Origin: Macrostomum lignano | Taxonomy: Eukaryota | NCBI GenBank assembly: GCA_002269645.1 | Contig: NIVC01001603.1 | Span: 134,217-198,216 of the forward strand | DNA length: 64,000 nt | Direction: 5' to 3' | Shown: in pieces, positions 48,050-59,540 of the stretch | Layout of the letters: each line of letters begins with the position of its first letter | Numbering within the stretch: position 1 is the first letter of the stretch | The notes under the pieces: model-generated | Databases searched by the model: none | What the model was told of the DNA's origin: nothing | Seen by the model: only the letters and a program-made list of their open reading frames with translations | Position numbers and translations under genes: made by a program

Positions 48050-49590
48050 AGGTAATGAATTCATTAATGAATTAATGAGTTCGTGAGTAAGTTCATAAGT
48101 TAAGTTCATGAGTGAGTTCATGAGTGATTTCATGAGTGATTTTATGAGTGATTTCATGAGTGAGTTCATGAGTGATTTCATGAGTGAGCTCATGAGTGAG
48201 TTCATGGGTGAGTTCATGAGTGAGTTCATGAGTGAGTTCATGAGTGAGTTTATGAGTGATTTCATGAGTGAGTTCATGAGTGAGTTCATGAGTGAGTTCA
48301 TGAGTGAGTTCATGAGTGAGTTCATGAGTGAGTTCATGAGTGAGTTCATGGGTGAGTTCATGAGTGAGATCATGAGTGAGTTCATGAGTGAGTTCATGAG
48401 TGAGATCATGAGTGATTTCATGAGTGAGATCATGAGTGAGTTCATGAGTGAGTTCATGAGTGAGTTCATGAGTGAGTTCATGAGTGAGTTCATGAGTGAG
48501 TTTATGAGTGATTTCATGAGTGAGTTCATGAGTGAGTTCATGAGTGAGTTCATGAGTGAGTTCATGAGTGAGTTCATGAGTGAGTTCATGAGTGAGATCA
48601 TGAGTGAGTTCATGAGTGAGATCATGAGTGAGTTCATGAGTGAGTTCATGAGTGATTTAATGAGTGAGTTCATGAGTGAGTTCATGAGTGAGATCATGAG
48701 TGAGTTCATGAGTGAGTTCATGAGTGAGATCATGAGTGATTTCATGAGTGAGTTCATGAGTGAGTTCATGAGTGAGTTCATGAGTGAGTTCATGAGTGAG
48801 ATCATGAGTGAGTTCATGAGTGAGTTCATGAGTGAGTTCATGAGTGAGTTCATGAGTGAGATCATGAGTGATTTCATGAGTGAGATCATGAGTGATTTCA
48901 TGAGTGAGTTCATGAGTGAGTTCATGAGTGAGTTCATGAGTGAGTTCATGAGTGAGTTCATGAGTGAGTTCATGAGTGAGTTTATGAGTGATTTCATGAG
49001 TGAGTTCATGAGTGAGTTCATGAGTGAGTTCATGAGTGAGTTCATGAGTGAGTTCATGAGTGAGTTCATGAGTGAGATCATGAGTGAGTTCATGAGTGAG
49101 ATCATGAGTGAGTTCATGAGTGAGTTCATGAGTGATTTAATGAGTGAGTTCATGAGTGAGTTCATGAGTGAGATCATGAGTGAGTTCATGAGTGAGTTCA
49201 TGAGTGAGATCATGAGTGATTTCATGAGTGAGTTCATGAGTGAGTTCATGAGTGAGTTCATGAGTGAGTTCATGAGTGAGATCATGAGTGAGTTCATGAG
49301 TGAGTTCATGAGTGAGTTCATGAGTGAGTTCATGAGTGAGATCATGAGTGATTTCATGAGTGAGATCATGAGTGATTTCATGAGTGAGTTCATGAGTGAG
49401 TTCATGAGTGAGTTCATGAGTGAGTTCATGAGTGAGTTCATGAGTGATTTCATGAGTGAGTTCATGAGTGATTTCATGAGTGAGTTCATGAGTGAGTTCA
49501 TGAGTGAGTTCATGAGTGATTTCATGAGTGAGATCATTAGTGAGATCATGAGTGAGTTCATGAGTGAGATCATCAGTGAGTTCATGATTA
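48050..49590. repeat. 12-bp minisatellite with a 480-bp higher-order period
   Basis: Unit CATGAGTGAGTT with GATC/GATTT variants; the rare ATTTAA variant recurs at ~48655 and ~49135. Confidence 0.97.
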
Positions 49591-50269
49591 AACTTCAGAC
49601 GGAATTGCACCCCTGCTTTAGCTCAGAAATCCATTTCATAATGAAAGATGCAAGAAAGAGCAGAGAAGTCAGCAAAGCAGAGAAAATGTGAATTAAGATT
49701 TTGAGTCGATCAGGCCCCGTAGGCTTTCTGGCTGGTTTATTTTCAGCCGTTGCACATGTCCCATGTCACACAGCTCAGTCTGTCCACCCAAAGCTCGGCT
49801 TTACAGTCAATCTGTTTTTCCTCTCTCCGCGCAAGCCTTCAAAACTGGCAGAGCGCTGGGCCCAGATTATCAAATCCCTTTCTCCCCCGATGCCGAACTC
49901 TCTAATGCATCGCAGCGGCTACCAGCTCCCATACCGGATGAAGTCTACCCATTCCTGCTGCGCCTCGTGTCTCCCACTCTTACCGCGCCTCCCTCTTCCC
50001 CTCCAGCACTTTCCACTCGCTGTTTTTATTCTGGCGCCCGAATAGTAGCCCACTAGTATGGCAATATTTCCCAGCTCAACTGAAGCATAACACCAATCAT
50101 ATGTTCGAGCTGTTTATCTCGACATATTTATACTCCAGTCGGTCGCATGTGCAATTACATGGATTATATGGTACAGCGACAGAGAGAGTTAAGAGAGACT
50201 ATCAGGTCATTGCGGCATTGGGACTGTGCAAGAGACTATTTCTACAGAATTGGGCCTAGAGATAACAGT

Positions 50270-50990
50270 TCGAAACTTCACAAACTCGAATCTTCACAAA
50301 TTCGAAAATTCACAAACTCAAATATTCAAAAACTCAAATATTCAAAAACCCGAATCTTCACGAACTCGAAGCTTCACAAACTCGAATCTTCACAAAACAG
50401 AATCTTCAAAAACTCGAATCTTCACAAATTCGAAAATTCACAAACTCAAAATATTCGAAAACTCAAATATTCAAAAACTCGAATTTTCACAAACCCGAAT
50501 CTTCACAAACCCGATTCTTCACAAACTCGAATCTTCACAAACTCGAATCTTCACCAACTCGAAGCTTCACAAACCCGAATCTTCACAAACTCGAATCTTC
50601 ACAAACTCGAAGCTTCACAAACTCGAATCTTCACAAACCCGAATCTTCACAAAACCGAATCTTCACAAGTTCGAAAATTCACAAACTTGAATCTTCACAA
50701 ACTCGAATCTTCACAAATTCGAATCTTCACAAATTCGAAGCTTCACAAACTCGAATCTTCACAAGCTCGAAAATTCACAAACTTGAATCTTCACAAACCC
50801 GAATCTTCACAAGCTCGAAAATTCACAAACTTGAATCTTCACAAACTCGAAAATTCACAAACTCGAATCTTGTAAACTCGAATCTTGTAAACTCGAATCT
50901 TCACGAACTCGAACCCTCACAAACTCGAATATTCACAAACCCGAATCTTCACAAACTCGAAGCTTCACAGGTTCGAATCTTCCTAAACTC
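50270..50990. repeat. 16-bp minisatellite
   Basis: Unit AAACTCGAATCTTCAC. Confidence 0.93.
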
Positions 50991-51237
50991 TAATCTTAAT
51001 AACCTGGAATCTAGATGCCCCGATACCTCATCACCTCGAAACTACATTGTCAAAAAGTATAGCTATTCGTCTGTCACTAAATTCGAAAATTCTATCTTTT
51101 AAATCCCCTCTTGACTTCTGAAAAGACGAAATCCGACTATTGCATAGCAAAAGCACTTTATAGCTCATAGTGGGGCAAATTAATCAAAGTTTATTTTCTT
51201 GTTTAGTATCTGTCTAACCTAAGTACGGAAAAGAAAT

Positions 51238-51393
51238 TGATTGAATGATTGAATACACCTGAGATGTGCAACCGACAGCTCAGCCGCAGCTATTGCGCGG
51301 CGCATCTGAAGGCTGCGTACGGCTGTTCAGTCCAAGGACTGGGGGGTCGCCACACACACCCTCAATTACCCCAGCTAATGCTGGCACCATTTT
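51238..51393 (-). mobile_element. 5'-truncated SINE copy (3' part, CpG intact)
   Basis: Reverse complement of AAAATGGTGCCAGCATTAGCTGGGG...CAGCCGTACGCAGCCTTCAGATGCGCCGCGCAATAGCTGCGG...CAGGTGTATTCAAT. Confidence 0.88.
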
Positions 51394-52449
51394 CTGGCAA
51401 ATGGAGGCAATGCAGAAATCTAACTGGCTCTAATGATAATGTAAGTTTTATTGCAGTCTAGAAATCAGTTCATATGAATTCAACTGACTCTATGCCATAA
51501 ATTTATAAAAGCTTATAAAAGATTGGCGCGTCCTCAATATTTTTATTCAAATTCCTGTGCCCTAATCTCAGCCTAGAGACGTCGGCACTTTATTGCATGC
51601 TCCCCTTCCTTCTACAGAATCTTAATGAACTTTGCACTTTATGGTCATCGAGAGCAATGATACAGCTGACACACAAAAGCAAAATACACTCACGTAAAAT
51701 CCTACATGATTACTTTCTGTAACTTGATTAAAGCAGCAGTAATCAGTGAATTATGTTCGTTTTATTTTAAGCTAATTGTTATCTAGATTGTATCAATAAA
51801 TCCTTCTGATATCAAACTTAGCGAACTTGTAAAAGATTTTCTCTTGAAAAACGATTCAAAAGCCTAGAAAAGTCGAAACCTTGTAAATTTAGCAAGAAAA
51901 ACTCTATAGTGTACGAGCACCTTAGTCCCTAATGTTACTCGTAATCCTTCAATTATTAAAGCAACAATTTACGTGCAAATAACTCACCTTGAAGAGGTAA
52001 TAGCATCAGAAGTCCAATGTTGATAAACATTAACAGAGGCATCAATCTTTTAGCTAAGCTGGAATTCGGTGACATGTTAAACTTCTACCTGCAGTATGTT
52101 ATAAGACTAATATTTATCGATTCTATGCAGAGCGACGCCACCAAAAAGCCTTTGTCAGTAAACTGGCGTCTCTTTGCAGTGCTTTTCCAGAGCGATCCTG
52201 TCTCTTTTTACATGTATCCTACTCCCAGTGGAGCAATTCATATACGCCCCACTATACATTTTATCCTACGCCCCTTCGATGCGCGTCTAGCGCCCTGGCG
52301 CACAATTTGTCCAGTCAGGGCAACTACGTTTACCCTGCGCCCTTTCGACAGTCGAATAAATAATAACGGGATATCCTATTTATTCTACTTATAGTAGGAA
52401 GTAAGTAAATACCGGTATATGTATTCACGGGCCATACTAATGGATCCCA

Positions 52450-52638
52450 GCCTGCACCCTGCTGCTCCCCCGCCCTGCTGCTCCCCGCCCTGCTGCTCCC
52501 CCGCCCTGCTGCTCCCCCGCCCTGCTGCTCCCCCGCCCTGCTGCTCCCCCGCCCTGCTGCTCCCCCGCCCTGCTGCTCCCCCGCCCTGCTGCTCCCCGCC
52601 CTGCTGCTCCCCCGCCCTGCTGCTCCCCGCCCTGCTGC
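52450..52638. repeat. 15/16-bp GC-rich minisatellite
   Basis: Unit CCGCCCTGCTGCTCCC. Confidence 0.92.
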
Positions 52639-53101
52639 TTCAAATGAATTTTTATTTTAATGTTAACTGCAGCCTACAATTTCCTAAGATTCAAAGATAG
52701 TCATTATTAGAAAATCAGGTATAATATCAGAAATATAAAATGGACAATCGCTTTATTTTCCATACTAGAAACACTGCCACGATTCATGGTTAAGTAATAC
52801 GTAAATTTGTATTCACCTAATTTGTAAACGGAATTGTAGTTTTGCGATTTAAATCTGATATCATTTTGATATCTTACAGTTACAGTTACATTTTCTAAAG
52901 TGACTGTTCATAATTAATAAAACTGAAAAGGGCTATGCTCCGTTAATAACATCAAGGAGCTAAGCTAAGAAGGTAGCGCATTTTAAAATGATTATTAAGA
53001 TTAGCATCAGATTTTAATGTTGAATAATGATATAAATAGAACACAGATGCCAAAAACGCATATTTAAATGTTACTATCTACCAATCCATATCAAAGCGAA
53101 G

Positions 53102-53658
53102 CAGGGGCGTAGCCAGGAATTTTGATTGGGGGGGGGCCGTGAGTTAGGGGGCGCCAGCTTCTTATAGGGGGGCGCCAGTTTCTTATAGGGGGGGGGCGCC
53201 AGTTTCTTTTAGGGGGGCGCCAGTTTCTTATAGGGGGGCGCCAGTTTCTTATAGGGGGGGCGCCAGTTTCTTTTAGGGGGGGCGCCAGTTTCTTTTAGGG
53301 GGGCGCCAGTTTCTTTTAGGGGGGCGCCAGTTTCTTATAGGGGGGGCGCCAGTTTCTTTTAGGGGGGGGGGCGCCAGTTTCTTTTAGAGGGGGGGCGCCA
53401 GTTTCTTTTAGAGGGGGAGCGCCAGTTTCTTTTAGAGGGGGGGCGCCAGTTTCTTTTAGGGGGGGGGGTGCCAGTTTCTTTTAGAGGGGGGGGCGCCAGT
53501 TTCTTTTAGGGGGGGGTGCCAGTTTCTTTTAGAGGGGGGGGCGCCAGTTTCTTTTAGGGGGGGGCGCCAGTTTCTTTTAGGGGGGGGGGGCGCCAAGGCC
53601 AGAGTTGGTGATTGGGGGGGGGCCACGGCCCCCTTGCCCCCCTCTGACTACGCCCCTG
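53102..53658. mobile_element. hAT-type MITE with an internal G-rich tandem array
   Basis: TIRs CAGGGGCGTAGCCA / TGACTACGCCCCTG; perfect 8-bp TSD AAGCGAAG (53094-53101, 53659-53666); internal (G)nCGCCAGTTTCTT(A/T)TA repeats. Confidence 0.93.
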
Positions 53659-53701
53659 AAGCGAAGTGAAATTAAGGACAAAACATTATCTAACCCTGCT
53701 T

Positions 53702-56652
53702 TCACAGTCGAAACAATTTCTGTCTATTTCCTCTTAATTCATCCATCAAATTTTCTGCATCACTGTCGCTAGAGCTAGTGCAATTCTGGTCATCGTCCGG
53801 GACATTGTCGGCCTGCTGGGAATAGGCGAAGCGTTCAATCGACTGACGCTGATTCTTCTGTGACCCATGCCCACCTGCACCACATGCTGAACGCTTTCTG
53901 CTGTCCACCGGTGCTGCAGTTGCGCTAGACGCCTGGTGAGCAGTGGCGTGGATCCGATGTCGAGTTGGGGTTGCTGGTGTAGTGGCGGTAGCAGATACGG
54001 GATGCGATGAAAATGCACCAGCAGCTGGTGTCATTACCGTTGAAGCTGGAGAGACATATGCCGCTGCAGCCGCTGTAGATGTGCCCGCTGGGTCTCTGGC
54101 CAGGCTTGCTCGGTGACGCCGCTTTTTTAAACGGTCCGTACCGCGGTGCAACAGGTCTTTGCATATATCATGCACCTTAGCCGGTGTTGGCTTGGCTTCG
54201 TCCAAAGCATATAAGCTCGTGATGGCATCTGCGTGTGTTATAGTTTTATAGATAGATTTAGGAAAAATTCCAACTCTTAAGGTATTAGATAATATTACAT
54301 TTCTACTAACAGTAGCTGATTTAGGAGTCAGTTCATGTTTAAGTTTATTTTTCAGATTTACGAAAATTTGCAGCATGAAAATTCTGCGAAGTTATTTAAG
54401 AATTATTTGAATGCCGCTTGAGTGGTCTCATAAAGCTCATGATATTGCATAATGAAATGATTCTCACCTTGAAAATAATTCAGGAGTATTACTTTAAAGC
54501 CCAGATGCTGATCAGTCAAAGCTGTGTTAGCTCCTGCCAGACGAGCTCGACTCTGCATATCTCTTCCGTTGAAGTTGACAGCTGCCTGTAGGTCGGGAGT
54601 CAAACAGGAGTCCATCATCGTCCGAACTGTCTCTGACACTGTCGACCGCTTAGCGAGAAGAAGCAGAGTTTTCTATAATGACAGAAACAACGGATATGGT
54701 TGACAAGTAATAGTTGAATCCGTGATTATCTGAGATTGTGTTGTCACTTGTCGTCAGGGAGAGTGCAAAGAGAATGAAACAGACGAGTCTAACATAGAGG
54801 GGTGCAGAAATTGAAAAAAACGAGACAAAAATACGATAATTTAGCTAAATTGAGGTTGAGATTAAAATGAGGTAATTAATACGCTCGTAGAGGGGTGATA
54901 TAAATATTGAGGACTAAACTTGAGTCTAAGATTAAAATCTGCTTGAAATATCTGGCTCAAAACTTACCATTTCTGAAAGCATCTCTGTTGGCTGCAACTC
55001 AACGAACTCCACATACGCTTGCCAGCTACTGATGGGCCAGAACTGTGGTGAACGTGGAGCCGGTGCTGTCGACTGACGGTGCAGGTGCAGCTCTGCGCGA
55101 ATTGACGCCAGTTCTTCTAGGCAGCGCTTTTGTTGGGCTTCCAATTTACTGTTTTTCACCATTTGTTCGCGGAGAAGTGACAGCTGCACGAAGAGGATTC
55201 CACGAATACTTTCTAAAGGAAAGTCGACCACCGACTGAATCTGCCGCTGAAGCACGTGTACCGGACTTGGCCCGAAGCCAAATACTGAAGGCTTTGGGAC
55301 AGCTGAGATGTCTGCGGCTGCTGCCTCTTCGACCCATGGAGCCATCACTGCAGCTTCAATTATTGTGATTGCTTCCTCATCCGCTTCCACTTCCGCTGCC
55401 GCTTTCGCTTCCGCTGCCGCTTTCGCTTCCGCTGCCGCTTTTGCTTCCGCTGCCGCTTTCGCTTCCGCTGCCGCTTTCGCTTCCGCTGCCGCTTTCGCTT
55501 CCGCTGCCGCTTTCGCTTCCGCTGCCGCTTTTGCTTCCGCTGCCGCTTTCGCTTCCGCTGCCGCTTTTGCTTCCGCTGCCGCTTTCGCTTCCGCTGCCGC
55601 TTTCGCTTCCGCTGCCGCTTTCGCTTCCGCTGCCGCTTTCGCTTCCGCTGCCGCTTTCGCTTCCGCTGCCGCTTTCGCTTCCGCTGCCGCTTTCGCTTCC
55701 GCTGCCGCTTTCGCTTCCGCTGCCGCTTTTGCTTCCGCTGCCGCTTTCGCTTCCGCTTGCACTGCAGCGCTTTCCAAAAGCTCCGTCTGATTTCCGCCTG
55801 ATATCAAGTGTGCAGGCAGCGGGCACAGCGTCGCTAATGTCTCAGGCAGTTGTTGATTTGGTAGCTGAAGTTGCGGGCGCCGCTTCTCAGTCGATCGGCC
55901 GTCCCAGAAGTGATCTGTGTCGGACGCAGAGCCACTGGACAGGTTCTGTGAAAATATTTAATTTGGATTCTGGTCTAAGTACATTCAAAGTGTATAATCT
56001 TCTAGTCTAATTTGAATAAGCATAGTATTTCTCCTTCTTCTTCTCGAATTCATTAATCACTATTCACTGAGACATTCAGAAACACGAAGCTCACCCTTCC
56101 TTGATACAACCGACGGGCCTGGCGCTGATCGCTCTTGCAAAAAACTCGTGGAAGCACGAGAGCTAGAATATCCTTGAGCGTCTTTTTTTTCTTGATTAAT
56201 TCTCGAGCAAATGCAAGGGCTGGTGAATCCAAAGAGTCGTCTAACACAACCTAAAATGAAATATAATTAGGTCTATAATGCGTGTATAAATGAGCTCAAT
56301 TACTGAACTTCAGCGACAGCTAGTAGTTAATGTCTGTACGCGCAGCAATTTGGTGAATTTTATTTTTTCAAATCGGCCCTAATCTCAATGTCAGTCGTAA
56401 TTAAATCAATAATTCGTTGATAACTTAAGCTTGTAACTATATAAAGTTATAAACAAAAAAGCTCACCTGGACAATAATTGCAGCAAAGTGCTGCCCTTCG
56501 TAGAGTGCCTTGCAGAACCATTTCTCAGTGCTATCTTTCAAAGCAAGCCACTCTGAGTCTGTCAAGTTTTCCAACTCTTCCGGGAGAATCAGATGCTCTT
56601 TGTTTGCCTCAACAACCTGTCTATCAGCTTTGAAAATTACAATAAACTTCAT
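53702..56652 (-). CDS. DUF4806-like transposon accessory protein with ~20 EAKAAA repeats, ~683 aa
   Basis: Exons 56652-56467, 56250-56095, 55945-54968, 54672-54468, 54228-53702; GT-AG, phases consistent, no stops. VRTMMDSCLTPDLQAAVNFNG and LLHRGTDR recall DUF4806; the domain call is from memory. Confidence 0.72.
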
Positions 56653-57002
56653 GATAACAAAAAAGTTTTTATATGCTATAGATGGATAGATATTTTATGA
56701 ATTCGATGAGAATTCTTACATCTAGCTAATATGATCTGATGCAAAGTGAAAAAAGCTCATTTGAGAAAATTTAAGCAAGGCTTCAGCTTCGAGAGGTTGG
56801 CACAGGGCGATCTCATTGGTTCCGAGCATTGATAAACTCAGGAACCAATTTCTATTGGGTCTTACCAAATATCATGTATCTTCAACACATAATCGCATTC
56901 GACTTACCATAACCTATCTTAACCTTTCCTACCCATCTTTTTACCTGATTTACCTACATACAATTAATAATCTACTACAGGTAAAAGCATCTTTCAAACA
57001 AA
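56653..57002. promoter_or_regulatory. Putative bidirectional promoter of the two-gene element
   Basis: 350 bp between divergent ATGs; inverted ATTGGTTCC...GGAACCAAT (~56815-56850) and a further ATTGG. Confidence 0.45.
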
Positions 57003-58964
57003 ATGTCTTCCAAGAAAAATTTGCAACGACTTGCAACAAAGCACTTGCTATCTTCATTTGTTGATAAAGAAAAGAGAGAGCAGGACAAGGTCACCACAGA
57101 GGCATCAAGCGGAGCGGAAGAACAACGGATGGACGTCGATGAAGGTGACCAGGAAGAGTTAAGTAATGTTGACTTTGATGAGATGGAGTGGAATCGTGAT
57201 GCAGACGACATCTCCGAAGATGACACCGAAGAAGAGGAGAGAGAGGAAGATAATCGGCCTTTAGAAGTAAAGCTAGAAGCATTGCTTCTTCTATTTCTCT
57301 CAACGTACAATATTTCTCGCAGCGCCATGGCTTTCCTTCTCGCCGGACTTCGAGAAATCGGCATTCCTGCTCCAAAATCTGTTTTCCGACTGGAACGGCT
57401 TCTGAAGAAAGAATTTCCTGTAGGGGAATTACTGGCCATGGGGGATGGACATTTTAAGTACATCTCAATACTCAATAATCTCCAACTATTAACTCGTCAT
57501 GGGTTACTGCAACTTGCGCCTGAAAATCTGCAGAAATCAAGTGGTTCAACAAAAGTGTACACATTTGAGGCCCACCTGAATAGTGACGGATGTCCTCTTT
57601 TCCGTGCGAGTCAATTTGGCTTGTGGCCATTATTAATGACAATTCCAAAAGCATTCGCTAAGCCATTTCCGGTGGCAATTTGGGCTGGTATAGGCAAGCC
57701 ACCATTAAAAGAATATTTGCAAGAATTCTGCGCGGAGGCGACGATGTTCTTATCTGAACCCGTTAAAATCTCCGATGAGATAAGCATCATGCTCTCCGCT
57801 ATTTACTTTATATGCGACACCCCTGCGCGCAACTTCCTAATGTGCACATCCGGTCACACATCTTACGTTGGTTGTCAATACTGTAGAGCCGTGGGTTCAC
57901 GTGACGACAACAGAGTTGTCTTTTCAACAACCATCGCCGAGAGTCGTTGTGGACAGATATATCGCGAAGGAGGTGAAAGCAATCAAGCTGAATCTAAAAT
58001 ATTGTCACCGCTGCTGCACTTGCCGAATATGGACTTCGCGAACTGGTTCCCACTCGATTTTCAGCATGCAATCTGTCTTGGAGCCGTGAGAAAAATTATG
58101 AACTTTTATTTTGGAAAAGGAGGCTGCAAACATTCTAGGAAAACAGTTAAACATCTGTCGGACTACATTGATGAAATTGCCTGCTGGACTCCAAGCAACT
58201 TTCAAAGAAGGCCACGGCGCATTGACAAGTGCTTGTCATTTCTGAAGGCAACTGAATTCAGACAGTATGTTTTGTATCTGGGTCCTGTACTTTTTAAGAG
58301 ATACATACCAGAAAAACTTTACAAAAACTTCTTACTTTTGCACTTTGCCGTGTTCTGCTACTCATCCGAGAAGTACTCTGAACTTTGGTCTCAAGCAAAA
58401 AGTTGTATCGAAGTCTTTGTAGAGCAATTGTCCAAAATGTTTGGCAAAAAAGCTATCAGCTACAACATTCACGCTCTGCTTCATTTCGACTACTTTGTAA
58501 GGAAATTTGGTAATCTGAACAACTTTTCGACTTTTCCCTTTGAGAACTATCTTGGTTCCATAAAGAGGAAAATTAAAGTCACCAGGCATCCAGCTGCACA
58601 TGCTGTTGTTCAAGCGCTCAAAGTTCGAAATTTGAATTTGAAGGATCATTGTCTCCCGCCCTTAAAGTACAGCACAAAGAAGGGTGACAACTGCTGCTTC
58701 GTTGGTTCGCAGTGTGTGCTAATTCAACACGTGACTATTAACGGCAAAGTGTCAGGTAGAATTCTGCGGCCTACTGAAAGCCTCTATACGTATCCATTCC
58801 CTTCGCTGCTTCTTGGAATTGGTGTATATCACCTGACATCCGAGATCACGACTGGACAACCAAGCCGCAAATGTTGGCTCCTACCCCATGCGACTTCGGC
58901 AGCAGCTGAGGGCGAGACAGTGGACTCATTCTATGTAATTCCACTAGCAGGGCACGATGAATAG
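57003..58964 (+). CDS. EnSpm/CACTA (CMC)-like DDE transposase, uninterrupted 653-aa ORF
   Basis: NSDG..LF....LWP, ICDTPAR, GHTSYVGCQYC, DFQH, PSNFQRRPR, KATEFRQYVLY, YNIHALLH, FSTFPFENY, matching the recalled C(2)C / H(3)H / DDE pattern of animal EnSpm-like transposases. Element termini not found. Confidence 0.85.
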   Translation: MSSKKNLQRLATKHLLSSFVDKEKREQDKVTTEASSGAEEQRMDVDEGDQEELSNVDFDEMEWNRDADDISEDDTEEEEREEDNRPLEVKLEALLLLFLSTYNISRSAMAFLLAGLREIGIPAPKSVFRLERLLKKEFPVGELLAMGDGHFKYISILNNLQLLTRHGLLQLAPENLQKSSGSTKVYTFEAHLNSDGCPLFRASQFGLWPLLMTIPKAFAKPFPVAIWAGIGKPPLKEYLQEFCAEATMFLSEPVKISDEISIMLSAIYFICDTPARNFLMCTSGHTSYVGCQYCRAVGSRDDNRVVFSTTIAESRCGQIYREGGESNQAESKILSPLLHLPNMDFANWFPLDFQHAICLGAVRKIMNFYFGKGGCKHSRKTVKHLSDYIDEIACWTPSNFQRRPRRIDKCLSFLKATEFRQYVLYLGPVLFKRYIPEKLYKNFLLLHFAVFCYSSEKYSELWSQAKSCIEVFVEQLSKMFGKKAISYNIHALLHFDYFVRKFGNLNNFSTFPFENYLGSIKRKIKVTRHPAAHAVVQALKVRNLNLKDHCLPPLKYSTKKGDNCCFVGSQCVLIQHVTINGKVSGRILRPTESLYTYPFPSLLLGIGVYHLTSEITTGQPSRKCWLLPHATSAAAEGETVDSFYVIPLAGHDE

Positions 58965-59419
58965 ATTTCTCAGGTAAATATAGTTCATTGGCCTTTCTAC
59001 TTACTTGTGTCTGTGTTTTATCAATCAATTTAAATAAACACCTGTCAGTAAATTAAAAAAGTTCTAAATTATTATTTAATTATTTAATTAGATTCAATTA
59101 TCGACTTTCATTTCTAAAATAATTATGTTAACAGGATCGATAGCGTCATCGACATCTTCCGATTCGTCCTGCGCTGTGTCCCAGAGAAGATGAAGTAAAG
59201 CTGTGATTCCATAAAGCAGCTAGAACAGCTGGAATTCCATAAAGACTGGAGAGGGCTGATAATAAGTAGAGCCATAAGTTTTCATGGAGTCTTGTGAAAG
59301 CCTTCACTTCCTATCCTATATACCAAAATGAGTCGTCTGTATGTACAGTATGTATGAATGTTATTTTTAAACCCCCATCTCGATCATTTGTAGAAGTCTG
59401 TGTCACTGTCAGTGTAACA

Positions 59420-59540
59420 CAAACACACACATATATATATATTATATATATATATATATATGTGTGTGTATATATATGTACATATATATATATAAAACAT
59501 ATATATATGTGTGTGTGTGTTTGTGTGTATATATATACTT
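59420..59540. repeat. (CA)/(TA)/(TG) microsatellite
   Basis: Seen directly in the sequence. Confidence 0.95.

Noticed and set aside
49590-49760. Candidate nAChR signal-peptide exon (hydrophobic LIHIFSALLTSLLFLASFIM on the - strand)
   Set aside because: No in-frame ATG upstream of the hydrophobic stretch and no phase-1 donor matching exon 2; left unassigned.
6985-50875. Long repetitive ORFs over tandem arrays (e.g. 6985-7650, 13443-14385, 20523-22028, 22411-23268, 40407-41156, 48044-49691, 50147-50875)
   Set aside because: By-products of stop-free repeat units in introns or intergenic DNA; they are flanked by canonical splice sites of the host genes or open in several frames.
52130-52420. 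CCCAG-starting left terminus for the EnSpm-like element (~52224)
   Set aside because: No matching inverted copy found to the right of the transposase.
55377-55826. (SGSESG)n or (PLPLSL)n reading of the 18-bp repeat
   Set aside because: Only the EAKAAA frame is continuous with the flanking spliced exons.
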